A stretch of DNA of 64,000 nucleotides from an uncultured Kiritimatiellota bacterium (GCA_934675625.1 CAKURH010000002.1:5471-69470), one strand, 5' to 3'; shown: positions 10,317 to 19,587, counted from the first letter of the stretch. A program made the numbers and translations. Notes: generated by a model from the sequence alone, not told the origin.

Positions 10317-10363
10317 GAAAAACAGAAAGTGTGACATTCTGTCGCGACAGAATGTCACACTTT
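10317..10363 (-). terminator. intrinsic terminator (38-bp perfect palindrome plus T-tract) after the 243-aa hypothetical gene; an operator role is not excluded
   Basis: AAAGTGTGACATTCTGTCG/CGACAGAATGTCACACTTT (10326-10363) is a perfect palindrome. On the minus strand it is followed by CTGTTTTTC. It lies 36 nt after the stop at 10399 and about 170 nt upstream of dnaK. Confidence 0.65.
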
Positions 10364-10398
10364 TAGCGCGTGGCACACTACGGTGCCCACCCGTGTCC

Positions 10399-11130
10399 CT
10401 ATTTCATGAAATCGCTGCGCCGACGGCGCACCTTGGCGAGGAAGCTGCTGACCGCCCCGCCCTTTTTCGTCTTCGGCCCAAACGTCAAGGTCTGCTGGGG
10501 CTGTTTCGGCTTCGGCGCGGCGAGACGCGCGCGCAGGTCGTTCACGCTGTCGATGCCGAGCTTCGCGGCGCAGGGCGTGCCGGCCTCCAAGCCCGCCAGC
10601 TCCGGAAAGTCGTCCAGCGGATAGAGGAGCCCGCAGTTGAAATGGTAGATGCTGCGGTTGACGATCGGGAGCAGGATGCGCACCTTCACGCCGAAGCCGA
10701 ACTTGTAGGCGCGCACCTTCACGCGCGCGGCCTCGCGGTTGTGGTAGCGCGCCTCGTCAGGCATCGTGGCGTCCTTCGAGACGAAGAGCGCGTCCATGTC
10801 CTCCTCCAGATAGTAGCGCGGAATGCTCATCTTCCACCGGCGGCAGTCCGGCCCCTGCACCATCACCAGCGCATACCGCTCGTTCGCCTTCGGAATCTCC
10901 TCGTAGGCGACCACGCGCACGATGCACGCCAGCGGCAGGTCGAGCGGCATGATCTCGCCCTCGCCGCGCCGCAGCCGGTCAAGATACGCAATCGCCGCGA
11001 GGTCTTCCGGCGTCTTCTCCGGCTTCTCAGGCCGCTCGGGCCGCTCGGACTTTGGAGTCCGTTTGGCCCGCTTGGGCCTCTTGGGCTTTTCAAAATCTTT
11101 CTGCGCGTCGTTTTCGTCGTTGTCGTTCAT
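10399..11130 (-). CDS. hypothetical protein (243 aa) with highly charged N- and C-termini
   Basis: ATG start preceded by GGAAAGG. N-terminus MNDNDENDAQKDFEKPKRPKRAKRTPKSERPERPEKPEKTPED. Basic C-terminus KTKKGGAVSSFLAKVRRRRSDFMK. Codon usage matches the genome. No family recognised. Confidence 0.6.
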   Translation of the reverse strand: MNDNDENDAQKDFEKPKRPKRAKRTPKSERPERPEKPEKTPEDLAAIAYLDRLRRGEGEIMPLDLPLACIVRVVAYEEIPKANERYALVMVQGPDCRRWKMSIPRYYLEEDMDALFVSKDATMPDEARYHNREAARVKVRAYKFGFGVKVRILLPIVNRSIYHFNCGLLYPLDDFPELAGLEAGTPCAAKLGIDSVNDLRARLAAPKPKQPQQTLTFGPKTKKGGAVSSFLAKVRRRRSDFMK

Positions 11131-11166
11131 GGTCTGCCTTTCCAGTCAATCGCCTCGAAACGAGGG

Positions 11167-11245
11167 TGCACCTGGAGGGACTCGAACCCCCACGCTTGCG
11201 CAGTGGAACCTAAATCCACCGTGTCTGCCATTCCACCACAGGTGC
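11167..11245 (-). tRNA. tRNA-Leu (anticodon UAG)
   Basis: Minus-strand read: GCACCTG acceptor stem, anticodon arm GTGGA-TTTAGGT-TCCAC (anticodon TAG), long variable arm TGCGCAAGCGTG (class II), T-arm GGGGG-TTCGAGT-CCCTC, then CAGGTGC-A. CCA is not encoded. Confidence 0.85.
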
Positions 11246-11256
11246 CGAAAGTCTGT

Positions 11257-11265
11257 ATTATAGCA
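11257..11265 (-). promoter_or_regulatory. extended -10 promoter TGCTATAAT for tRNA-Leu
   Basis: Reverse complement is TGCTATAAT. The -10 ends 11 nt upstream of the mature tRNA 5' end. Confidence 0.6.
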
Positions 11266-11307
11266 AAACCCGCATCTCCCTGCCGACGCCCCTTCAGTTC
11301 GCCCCCT

Positions 11308-13272
11308 TCAGTTTGCGCCAGACGGAAGGATCTCGATCTTGCAGAGATAGACGTCCGCCAACGCTCCCGTCCCGAACGAGGGCATCTTCAGCGTCTTGAT
11401 GAGCCGCAGGGCATATTCGTTTGCGTGTTCGCGATAGTGCTGGAGATTGTAGGCGTGCTGGGAATCGGCCAGGGCGTAGAGCTTGGCGTTCGGGTTCGCC
11501 TTGAGAATCGACCGAATCACGGGAATCGGGTCGCTGTTGGCGGCAAACGTCGTCGCCGTCCGAATGGGGAGCGACATCAGCATCTGGTTGGAACGCTCGC
11601 CGATCACGATGGCGTCCGCCGGCAGGACAGCCTTCAGCTCCTGCGCCGCCTGTGCGTGGAAATGCGTGGGTGCCTTGACCAGTTCGACGGCTGACTGGCG
11701 CCAGTTCGGCGTCGCCAGATAGCAGACGACAACCGAAAGGAAGGCAAACGGGGCCACGGCCGAACGCCACGGAACCTCCGTCCGCAAGCCGAACGCCGCG
11801 ATCAGCAGAACGACGGACACGATCAAGACAACGGCCAGGGGCGCGAAAGCGAGCCCCGCGTCCTGACGCAGGGCCGGCGCCAGGTGAACGGCGGGCAACG
11901 CGGCGAAGACGACCGATGCGGCCACAAACGCCGACACCGTCCAGACCGGCAGGTTCCGCGCGAGGCCGCGCGGGCCGCACAGGAGAAGCAGCGCGGCGAC
12001 GACGGCCGCGACGAACACCATCAGGACGGGCCACGTCAGCCCCCAGACATTCTGGGCCGGGAAGTTGTAGATGCGCGAATAGTAGGGCTGCGCGTCTTGC
12101 GGCGAGACCTGCCACGACGCGAGGAAAAGCAGCCCAACGGCACACGCCGCGACGGAGAGGCCAAGCGCGGGCAACATCTTGCGCCACACGGGAGCCGTCA
12201 CGTCCGCGCCGTCCGCCGTCAATTCGTCAACGGCCGCATCCGTGACAATCGGCAACAGCATCAGCGCCGGCAGAAAGTAATGCGTATACTGCGTGTTCAT
12301 CACGTTGATGGCCGCAACGTAGGCCGGAACGGCCGCGAACAGGAGCGTGTTGCCGTTCAGCCGACCGCCCGCGACACGCCGCAAGAAGAGGATCGCCGGC
12401 AAGATGACAGCAAACGCCGTCGTCACGCCAAGGAGGGCATAGGACGGAACGCGCGGAAAGGCGGACAGTCCCCGGAAATGCGAAGCGAAGTCCCACAGGC
12501 TCGGAAGCGGATAGTGCGTGGTCGTCCGGCGGACGACCTCCCAGATCGTCACGCCCGCGCGCTGCGCATCCGGCCAGACGGCCAAGGCGACGGCCACGCG
12601 GCAGAGGACGATGCCCAGAACGGCCACTGCCGCGAAACACGCCACGTCCATCCACGGACGACAGAACTTCCGCGTCTGCAGAACGCCAGCCGCCACGATG
12701 GGCAAGACGATCCAGACGGACGGCTTGACCAAGACGACAAGGGACACGAGAACGGCGGACGCGAAGAGCCGCCACCGCGTCGCTCCCGTCGCCAGGACGT
12801 AGGCCATGACCGTCAGCGCGCCAATTAGGACGTCGTTGCTCGCCGTCCGCTCGTACGCGATGACCATCGGCACGGACGAAAACGCGAGGCACAGCAGAAA
12901 GGCACGAAGCGCGCCGGACTTCTTCGCCAAGTAGACGTAGGTCGTCAGCCAAGCCAGGCCAGTGAGCGCGAAGAACGGAATGCGCCACGTCCAGGTCGAC
13001 AGGCCGAAGAGCAGGTGCGCCAGATAGCTGAGTCCATGCGTACCCGCCGAGAAGCCGTAGGTGAACGCCTCGGTTCGAGGCAGGTCGACGAAGCACCCCC
13101 ACAACAGCTTTTCCTTTCCGCCGCAGAGGTAGTAGCCCTCGTCCGTCGCGTTGTAGCCGTATTCCCAAATGGCGGGAATGCCCGGATCGCCAGACAGCCA
13201 GAACACGCGCAGGGCGAGGTAGACGACCGCAAAAGCCGACAGGCCAAGCCAGAACTTCAGCCGACGGCTCAT
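11308..13272 (-). CDS. GT-C fold membrane glycosyltransferase (family 39 / ArnT-PMT-like)
   Basis: 654 aa with more than 10 predicted TM helices. An early periplasmic-loop motif YNATDEGYY resembles the DExxY motif of ArnT/PMT enzymes. Family assignment is from general architecture only. Confidence 0.6.
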   Translation of the reverse strand: MSRRLKFWLGLSAFAVVYLALRVFWLSGDPGIPAIWEYGYNATDEGYYLCGGKEKLLWGCFVDLPRTEAFTYGFSAGTHGLSYLAHLLFGLSTWTWRIPFFALTGLAWLTTYVYLAKKSGALRAFLLCLAFSSVPMVIAYERTASNDVLIGALTVMAYVLATGATRWRLFASAVLVSLVVLVKPSVWIVLPIVAAGVLQTRKFCRPWMDVACFAAVAVLGIVLCRVAVALAVWPDAQRAGVTIWEVVRRTTTHYPLPSLWDFASHFRGLSAFPRVPSYALLGVTTAFAVILPAILFLRRVAGGRLNGNTLLFAAVPAYVAAINVMNTQYTHYFLPALMLLPIVTDAAVDELTADGADVTAPVWRKMLPALGLSVAACAVGLLFLASWQVSPQDAQPYYSRIYNFPAQNVWGLTWPVLMVFVAAVVAALLLLCGPRGLARNLPVWTVSAFVAASVVFAALPAVHLAPALRQDAGLAFAPLAVVLIVSVVLLIAAFGLRTEVPWRSAVAPFAFLSVVVCYLATPNWRQSAVELVKAPTHFHAQAAQELKAVLPADAIVIGERSNQMLMSLPIRTATTFAANSDPIPVIRSILKANPNAKLYALADSQHAYNLQHYREHANEYALRLIKTLKMPSFGTGALADVYLCKIEILPSGAN

Positions 13273-13275
13273 GCC

Positions 13276-14487
13276 TTACTTCCGCAGCTTGTCGCGGTGC
13301 GAGAAGAAGATGCGCGTCTTGTTCGCGAAGGACTGCGCCTCGGGGTAGTTCGCGGTGGAGGCGAGCTTCTGGAACTCCTCCAGCGCGGCCTTCTGCCGGC
13401 GGTCGAGGTTCGCGGGCACCTCGAAGACGACACGCGCGTCGAGATCGCCAGCAGCACCGCCGCGCAGCGACGGCACGCCCTTGCCGCGCAGGCGAAAGAC
13501 CTTGCCGTTCGGCGTCCCCGCCGGAATCTTGAGCTGTGCCTCGCCCTCCGGCGTCGGCACGGCAATCGTGCCGCCCAGCGCCGCCGTCACGGGCGAGACG
13601 GGCACGTCCACGAAAAGATGCTGGCCCTCGCGCTCGAAGATGTCGCTGTCGCGCACGCCGATGAGGACGTAGAGATCGCCGGGACGCCCGCCGCGCAGGC
13701 CGCCCGCCCCCTTGCCCGCAAGCCGCAGCCGCGAGCCGCTGTCGACGCCCGCCGGAATCTTCAGCGCGATGTGCTGAGGCTGCGTGACGCGCCCCGAACC
13801 CCGGCACCGACGGCACGGCTTCTCGATGACCGTTCCCTCGCCGCCGCACGTCGGACACGTCTGCTGGATGCGCAGGAAGCCGCCGCCGCCCATGACGACG
13901 CCGTGGCCGCCGCACGTCTTGCACGTCACGCGCCGCGCGCCGTCGGCCGCGCCCGTGCCGCGGCAGTCGGGACACTGTGCCGGAAGGTCAAGGTCAAGCG
14001 TCCGCTCGCTGCCGAACAGCGCCTCGTCGAAGTCGATGTCGAGGCGGAAGGTCATGTCGTCGCCGTCCTGCGGCCCGTTCGGGTCGGCACGGTAGGCGCG
14101 CCCGCCCCCGCCGCCGCCGAAGAGATCCTCGAAGCCGCCGAAACCGCCGCGCGCGCTCCGCGCGCCGCCGCGACCGCCGAAGATGTCGCCGAACATGGAG
14201 AAGATGTCGTCCATGTTCATGCCGCCCGCGCCGAACCCGCCGGCCCCGCCCGCGCCGTTCGCGAACGCCTGATGCCCGAACTGGTCGTAGCGCTGGCGCT
14301 TCTCGGCGTCATGCAGCACGTCGTACGCCTCGGCCGCCTCCTTGAACTTCTCCTCGGCCGCCTTGTCGCCCGGATTGCGATCCGGGTGGTACTTCATCGC
14401 GAGCTTGCGGTAGGCGGACTTGATCTCGTCCGCCGTCGCCGTCTTGGACACGCCCAAGACCTCGTAGTAATCACGTTTCTCTGCCAT
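13276..14487 (-). CDS. dnaJ: molecular chaperone DnaJ
   Basis: J-domain [36 protein letters not shown], a G/F-rich region, and four CxxCxGxG zinc-finger repeats. Confidence 0.95.
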   Translation of the reverse strand: MAEKRDYYEVLGVSKTATADEIKSAYRKLAMKYHPDRNPGDKAAEEKFKEAAEAYDVLHDAEKRQRYDQFGHQAFANGAGGAGGFGAGGMNMDDIFSMFGDIFGGRGGARSARGGFGGFEDLFGGGGGGRAYRADPNGPQDGDDMTFRLDIDFDEALFGSERTLDLDLPAQCPDCRGTGAADGARRVTCKTCGGHGVVMGGGGFLRIQQTCPTCGGEGTVIEKPCRRCRGSGRVTQPQHIALKIPAGVDSGSRLRLAGKGAGGLRGGRPGDLYVLIGVRDSDIFEREGQHLFVDVPVSPVTAALGGTIAVPTPEGEAQLKIPAGTPNGKVFRLRGKGVPSLRGGAAGDLDARVVFEVPANLDRRQKAALEEFQKLASTANYPEAQSFANKTRIFFSHRDKLRK

Positions 14488-14490
14488 GTT

Positions 14491-15165
14491 TTAGGAAGCT
14501 TTCCCCGACGACACGACGACCTGCGCGGCGCGCAGCACCTTGTCCTTCAGCATCCAGCCCTTCTTCGACTCGATCGAGACCTTGCCCTCGGGAATCTCCG
14601 CGTGCGGCAGATGGGCGATCGCCTCCATCCGTTCCGTGTCGAGATCGAGCCCAACGGAATCGAACGGCTCCGCGCCATGATCCTTCAACGACTTCAGGAG
14701 CGTGTCGTGCACCATCTGCACGCCCTTCACGAAGGGGTCGTCGGCCTTGTCCTTCGCGTTCGCGAGCGCGAGCTGGAGGTTGTCGACCGCCGGCAGGACG
14801 TCCTTCAGGATGTCGGCCTCGGCGTAGCGGTACGTGTCCTCACGATCACGCGCCGCGCGCTTCTTGTAGTTGTCGAAGTCGGCGAGCGTCAGAGCGTAGA
14901 GCGTCTTCCAGTCGGGCTCCTTCGGCGTTTCGGCCTTGGGCGGCTCGGCAGCAGACGGCTCGGCTTTCGGCTCGGTTTCGGGTTCGGCGGGCGAGGCGGA
15001 CGCGGACGCAGAAGACGCGCAGGACGGTTCGCCGTCTTCAGTTTTCTTTTCAGAGGGCTTCGCCGTCTCGGCTGTTTCGCCCGAAGTCTCCGCTGTCGTT
15101 TCAGCCTTCTGGGCCTCAGCGGCTTTCGCCGCCTCGGCCGTTTCCTCTTTCTTCTCTTCGCTCAT
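14491..15165 (-). CDS. grpE: nucleotide exchange factor GrpE (with about 85-aa acidic low-complexity N-terminal extension)
   Basis: Core FDNYKKRAARDRED...VLPAVDNLQLAL...GVQMVHDTLLKSLKDHG is typical GrpE. Only 3 nt separate it from dnaJ. Confidence 0.9.
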   Translation of the reverse strand: MSEEKKEETAEAAKAAEAQKAETTAETSGETAETAKPSEKKTEDGEPSCASSASASASPAEPETEPKAEPSAAEPPKAETPKEPDWKTLYALTLADFDNYKKRAARDREDTYRYAEADILKDVLPAVDNLQLALANAKDKADDPFVKGVQMVHDTLLKSLKDHGAEPFDSVGLDLDTERMEAIAHLPHAEIPEGKVSIESKKGWMLKDKVLRAAQVVVSSGKAS

Positions 15166-15225
15166 CGTCCGATTTCCTCCGTGTCACCGTGGCTCCGTGT
15201 GAGAAAAGCCGCGTGCGAAACCGCC

Positions 15226-16458
15226 TTACGCCTTAATCTGCCCGGCCTTCGCGAGCATCTTCGCCTCGACGGACTGGATCTCGGCAAAGCCCTGCGAGCT
15301 GTGCGGATTCAGGCCGTTCGACGCCTCCATCGAGCTGTCGGCCTCGTTGTAAATCGTCGCCTTGAGGCCCTTGAGGCTCTCGAAGAAGATGTTGCCCTTG
15401 TAGAGGCCGAGCGTGACTTCGGCCGTCGCCTTGTCGGCCCAGACCTGAATCGCCGCGCGCGCCGCCTGGGTCGCCGGATCGAACCAGCGGCCGTCGTAGA
15501 TCTGGTCGCTGACGAGCTTCGAGAGCTGCTGGAAGAGGAGCGTCGAGCGACGGTCCATGATGCCCTCGTAGATGTACTTGAGGCCCCAGCTCAGCACCTC
15601 CATGCCCGGCGCCTCGTAGACGCCACGGCTCTTCGTGCCGATGATGCGGTTCTCCAGCGCGTGCTTCATGCCGATGCCGTTGCGGCCGCCGACCTTGTTC
15701 ATCTCCAGCATGACCTCGTACGGCGTCATCTTCTGGCCGTTCACCGCGACGCAGCGGCCCTTCTCGAACTTCAGCGTGACCTTCTCGACCTTGTTCGGGG
15801 CCTTGTCGGGCCACACGCCCATCGTGGGCTTCACGATGCGCATCGACGTCTCCATCGACTCCAGGTCCTCCGCCTCGTGCGAGAGGCCCGCGAGGTTCGC
15901 GTCGGTCGAGTACTTCTTCTTCGTGCCGACGAACGCCGTGATGCCGCGTTCGGCGAGGAACGCGACCATCTGCGTGCGGCCGGGGAACTTCTTCAGCAGG
16001 TCCGCGTCGCGCCACGGGGCGTAGACGCCGAACTTCGGATCCATCACGTTCGTGTAGCGCTCGAAGCGCATCTGGTCGTTGCCGCGCCCCGTCGCACCGT
16101 GGACGAGCACCGTGCAGCCGGCCTTCTTCATCGCCGGGAGGAGCTTCTGCACCGTGACGGCGCGGGCGATGCCCGTCGAGTTCCAGTAGCCGCCGTCGTA
16201 CATCGCCTGGCACTTCACGGTCTCGAAGCAGATGTCGGCCATTTCCTTCGTGACGTCGACGATCGTCGTCTCGACGCCGGTCGGGGCCATCTTCTTCTTG
16301 ATGTCGTTGATGTCCTTCTCGTCCGGCTGGCCGACGTTGGCCGAGAACGCCTTGACGTTCACGCCCGCGTCCTTCAGCACGCAGCAGATGGTCTTCGAGT
16401 CGAGTCCGCCGCTGACGCACACGCCAACGGTCTTGCCCTTGAGGTCTTCGAGTTTCAT
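15226..16458 (-). CDS. argG: argininosuccinate synthase
   Basis: 410 aa. N-type ATP pyrophosphatase motif VSGGLDS. Conserved ENRIIGTKSRGVYEAPG. Confidence 0.93.
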   Translation of the reverse strand: MKLEDLKGKTVGVCVSGGLDSKTICCVLKDAGVNVKAFSANVGQPDEKDINDIKKKMAPTGVETTIVDVTKEMADICFETVKCQAMYDGGYWNSTGIARAVTVQKLLPAMKKAGCTVLVHGATGRGNDQMRFERYTNVMDPKFGVYAPWRDADLLKKFPGRTQMVAFLAERGITAFVGTKKKYSTDANLAGLSHEAEDLESMETSMRIVKPTMGVWPDKAPNKVEKVTLKFEKGRCVAVNGQKMTPYEVMLEMNKVGGRNGIGMKHALENRIIGTKSRGVYEAPGMEVLSWGLKYIYEGIMDRRSTLLFQQLSKLVSDQIYDGRWFDPATQAARAAIQVWADKATAEVTLGLYKGNIFFESLKGLKATIYNEADSSMEASNGLNPHSSQGFAEIQSVEAKMLAKAGQIKA

Positions 16459-16493
16459 GTTGGATTCTCCTTCTGTTCGAAAATCAGGCGCGT

Positions 16494-16502
16494 ATTATAG
16501 CA
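16494..16502 (-). promoter_or_regulatory. extended -10 promoter TGCTATAAT for argG
   Basis: Reverse complement is TGCTATAAT. It is followed by a leader of about 30 nt with AAGGAG before the ATG at 16458. Confidence 0.6.
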
Positions 16503-16540
16503 CGTTCGCCGCGCTTCATCAAACGGGCCCGCGTCCACGC

Positions 16541-18205
16541 TCAGTTCAAGCCCGCGAACGCCCGCAGCGCCGCGACCATCTTCTGCGGATCCGTCTCGGC
16601 GGAAACGCGCGCCTCCAGCGGACACGACGCATTCAGGTCGCGGTTCAGGATCTTCGGCACGAGGCGGTCGGCCGTCGCGCGCACGCCGTGCGCCGCAAGA
16701 AGTTCCTTCGCCTCTTCGCTCATGAGGAGCCCGTGGACGCGGCCCGCCCCGCCGACAATGCAGATCGCCGCCGCCGCACGTCCGATCACCTTGTCCACAA
16801 CGACCGCGCCGCGCAGCTTGCCATCGTCCAAGAGCGTCAGGAGCGGCCGCACGCCGCGTCCGCTTGCGCGCGCGCCGATCACGCCGCCCGTCGCCGTGAC
16901 GGCCGCCGCCGCACCGCGCAGGACGAGCCCCTTCATCTCCGCCATCAGTTCCTCGGCGTCGAACGGACGCACCACGCGCTGACGCTCGAAGCCCTTGACG
17001 AAGATCGCCGGAAGCGGACGCGCCGGGCAGACGTGCTCGCACGCGCCGCAACCGATGCAGACCTCGCGATCCACGACCGGCACGTTGTCGACGAGCGTAA
17101 TCGCCTTGACCGGGCACTTGCGCGAGCACGCCGTGCACGGCACGCCCTCCGTCGCGCGCAGGCAGCGACCCTTCTGCCAGATCGCGTGGCCCATGTGGAT
17201 GTCACGCCGCGCCACGTGATCCAGCACCTTCAGCGCGCCCGCCGGACACGCCGCCGCGCACTTCTGCGGACACGCCACGCGGCAGTGGCTGCGACGGAAG
17301 TCCATCTTCGGCTGTCCGAACGTCTTGAGGGCCGTCGACGGCACGAGGCACTGCTCGGGACACGCCGCGATGCAGGCGTCGCAGCCGACGCAGATCCGGT
17401 TGAAAAGCGCGCGATCCACCGCACCGGGCGGCAGGACCTCCGCCGGACGCGCCGGCACGCCGGGCAGCGAAATCGGCGCGTAGCCGCCGTCCACCGTCTT
17501 CTCCTCGCCGACGAGATCGGCCGCCGCCAGCGCGCCCATGCCCGCCACGACGGCGCGCCGCGTCACGCCCTCGGCGGGTGCGGCGGCAGATGCCGTCGGT
17601 TTCGGCTGCGCGGACGGCTTCTTCGGCACGGCGAAGCACTTGCGGCAGTTGCCGCACCCATCCTTCAGGTCAATCTTGTGCGGATGGCGCGCCTTCTGCG
17701 CGAGCAGGTTGAAGAGCGTCCCCATCGGACAGACCCAGTTGCACCAGAGGCGCCCCGACCCGACTGCCGCAAGGGCGAGGACGGCCACCGCGAGCACGAC
17801 GCCCGGCATGAAGCCGATCAGGGCCTTGCCGAGGATCGCATACGGCGTCACCGCCCAGCCGAGCGTGCCGAAGCCGAGCGCGATCAGCGCCGCCGCGAGC
17901 GCGAAGACGCTCCAGCGGACGACGCGCTGGGCCTTCGTCTCGGGGAGGCGCGTGCAGACGCGGCGGACGTGCGTCTTCGGATGCGTGACGGCGTTCGCGA
18001 CGCTTTGCAGCACGCCGAGCGGACACAGCCAGGCGCAGAAGAAGCGCCCGACAAGCGGCGTCAACAGCAGAACGACGAGGAAGACGAGCGTCGGCGTCGG
18101 CTGAATGCGCAGCGTCTTTGCCGTGGGGAGTCCGTAGAACGCGCCGCAGACAGCGGCAAGCGACCCCATCGCCAACAGCCGCAGAAGATTCTTCTTCATT
18201 TTCAT
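16541..18205 (-). CDS. membrane polyferredoxin (NapH/MauN-like CxxxCP motifs plus 4Fe-4S dicluster domains) fused to a C-terminal DUF1893/TM1506-like domain
   Basis: Start MKMKKNLL at 18205, overlapping the upstream stop (ATGA). TM region with FCAWLCPLG and WCNWVCPMG. Cys clusters CVGCDACIAACPEQC, CPQKCAAACP, CTACSRKCP and CIGCGACEHVCP. C-terminal about 140 aa (LVLRGAAAAVTATGGVIGARASGRGVRPLLTLL...DKVIGRAAA...VPKILNRDLNASCPLE) resembles DUF1893, from memory. Confidence 0.7.
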   Translation of the reverse strand: MKMKKNLLRLLAMGSLAAVCGAFYGLPTAKTLRIQPTPTLVFLVVLLLTPLVGRFFCAWLCPLGVLQSVANAVTHPKTHVRRVCTRLPETKAQRVVRWSVFALAAALIALGFGTLGWAVTPYAILGKALIGFMPGVVLAVAVLALAAVGSGRLWCNWVCPMGTLFNLLAQKARHPHKIDLKDGCGNCRKCFAVPKKPSAQPKPTASAAAPAEGVTRRAVVAGMGALAAADLVGEEKTVDGGYAPISLPGVPARPAEVLPPGAVDRALFNRICVGCDACIAACPEQCLVPSTALKTFGQPKMDFRRSHCRVACPQKCAAACPAGALKVLDHVARRDIHMGHAIWQKGRCLRATEGVPCTACSRKCPVKAITLVDNVPVVDREVCIGCGACEHVCPARPLPAIFVKGFERQRVVRPFDAEELMAEMKGLVLRGAAAAVTATGGVIGARASGRGVRPLLTLLDDGKLRGAVVVDKVIGRAAAAICIVGGAGRVHGLLMSEEAKELLAAHGVRATADRLVPKILNRDLNASCPLEARVSAETDPQKMVAALRAFAGLN

Positions 18206-19458
18206 TTCGCGACCTCCTGGTTCTTGAGCGCGTCGATCCACTCGTCGATGGCCGCGATCTCGCGCGGGATGTTGATCGACTGCGGACAGTGCGGCGAACA
18301 GCGCCCGCACCCCGTGCAGTGGTCGGCGCGGCGCAGCTCCTCCGGCACGGCCTTCGCGTAGGCCCGCAGCACCTCCTTCGCGGACGGCGGCGTCGGCACG
18401 GAGAGGATGGCGTTGCGGAACTGCAGGAGCGCAACGATGTCGAGCCCGTAGGGACACGGCATGCAGTAGTTGCAGCTGTTGCACGGAATCGTGTCCAGCT
18501 TGAGGTACGCCTGGGCCGCGCGCTCCAGCGCGGCCAGCTCGGCGTCGCTGCACGGCTTGAGCGGCGAGAACGTCGCGATGTTCTCCTCGATGTGCTCCAT
18601 CCGCGTCATGCCCGACAGGACGGTCATCACCTTCGGGAACGTGCCGCAGAAGCGCAGGGCCCACTTCGCGAGCGTCGCCTCCGGGTCGAGCGGCGTCAGC
18701 GTCTGCGCAAGCGCGTAATTGTAGCGCGCAAGGCGTCCGCCGAGCAGCGGCTCCATGATGACGACGGGAATGTCCATCTTCGCGAGCGTCTCGTAGAGGT
18801 ACTGCGCGTCAAGGTTCCGCGCGTTCACCTCCTTCGCGTGCCGCCAGTCGACGTAGTTCATCTGGATCTGCACGAAGTCCCACTTGTACTTGTCGTGGCG
18901 TTCGAGGCACCAGTCAAGCGCCGCTTTCGCGCCGTGGTAGGAGAAGCCGAGATTCTTGATGCGCCCCTGCGCCCGGAGCTCCGCGCACCAGTCCGCCGCG
19001 CCGTTCTCGACGTAGCGCTTCGAGAACGTCTCGAAGCCGTTGCCGTTGCCGACGGAATGGAGGAGGTAGTTGTCGATGTAGTCCGTCTGGAGGAACTTGA
19101 GAGAGCGCTCGAACATCTTCTTGCATTCCGCCAGCGGATACTGCTGCGGCGCGAAGTTCGAGAGCTTCGTCGCGATGATGTAGTCCTTGCGGGCGTAGCC
19201 GCTCGCCTTCAGGGCCGTGCCGAGCGCGGCTTCCGACTCGCCGCGGCAGTAGGCGGGCGACGTGTCGAAGTAGGTGACGCCCGCGTCCAAGAGCGTCTTC
19301 ACCTGGCGGTTCAGGAGCGCCTGGTCGATGGCCGAGGCGGTGTAGCCCTCCTTGACATAGTTGTTCGCATGGCCGCCGTCCGTCGTCGGCAGCCGCATCG
19401 CCCCGTAGCCGAGCAGCGACACCCGTTTCCCGTCAACCGTGTAGCGCGATGTCATCAT
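18202..19458 (-). CDS. aldo/keto reductase with C-terminal 4Fe-4S cluster-binding extension (COG1453-like)
   Basis: 418 aa. AKR core (LLGYGAMRLP..., YIDNYLLH). C-terminal cysteine motifs CNSCNYCMPCP and CTGCGRCSPHCP. Confidence 0.8.
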   Translation of the reverse strand: MMTSRYTVDGKRVSLLGYGAMRLPTTDGGHANNYVKEGYTASAIDQALLNRQVKTLLDAGVTYFDTSPAYCRGESEAALGTALKASGYARKDYIIATKLSNFAPQQYPLAECKKMFERSLKFLQTDYIDNYLLHSVGNGNGFETFSKRYVENGAADWCAELRAQGRIKNLGFSYHGAKAALDWCLERHDKYKWDFVQIQMNYVDWRHAKEVNARNLDAQYLYETLAKMDIPVVIMEPLLGGRLARYNYALAQTLTPLDPEATLAKWALRFCGTFPKVMTVLSGMTRMEHIEENIATFSPLKPCSDAELAALERAAQAYLKLDTIPCNSCNYCMPCPYGLDIVALLQFRNAILSVPTPPSAKEVLRAYAKAVPEELRRADHCTGCGRCSPHCPQSINIPREIAAIDEWIDALKNQEVAK

Positions 19459-19498
19459 CGTCGATTCCTTCTGTTGGTGGTTAAGTTCAACGCCCCGT

Positions 19499-19507
19499 AG
19501 TATAGCA
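19499..19507 (-). promoter_or_regulatory. extended -10 promoter TGCTATACT for the AKR/polyferredoxin pair
   Basis: Reverse complement is TGCTATACT. A leader of about 35 nt with GAAGGAA precedes the ATG at 19458. Confidence 0.55.
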
Positions 19508-19587
19508 CACGTGACGTAGAACTGTCAATTATGGGAGTTAGCGTCCCATAACATCTCAATATGGATTCGCGCCGACGGGCAACGCCC

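Noticed and set aside
9979-11694. ORFs translating the dnaK-upstream repeats (peptides such as HGDRPQPLGTYPRNMGTDPRNCGQIVGTDP; also 10167-10376 on the minus strand).
   Set aside because: The periodic peptide is a by-product of the GGGGACAGACCCC DNA repeat. The ORFs cross a tRNA gene and a terminator and have no start context.
16541-18664. 707-aa version of the polyferredoxin ORF and 472-aa version of rsmE (20171-21589) from the ORF track.
   Set aside because: The N-terminal extensions overlap the upstream genes in another frame and are Arg-rich. The internal starts MKMKKNLL (18205) and MHRLLVE (20920) give full-length family-typical proteins.
19520-19545. Inverted repeat TATGGGA-gttagcg-TCCCATA between queE and the AKR promoter, considered as a queE terminator.
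   Set aside because: The stem is short (7 bp), AT-containing and has no U-tract on the minus strand. The evidence is insufficient.
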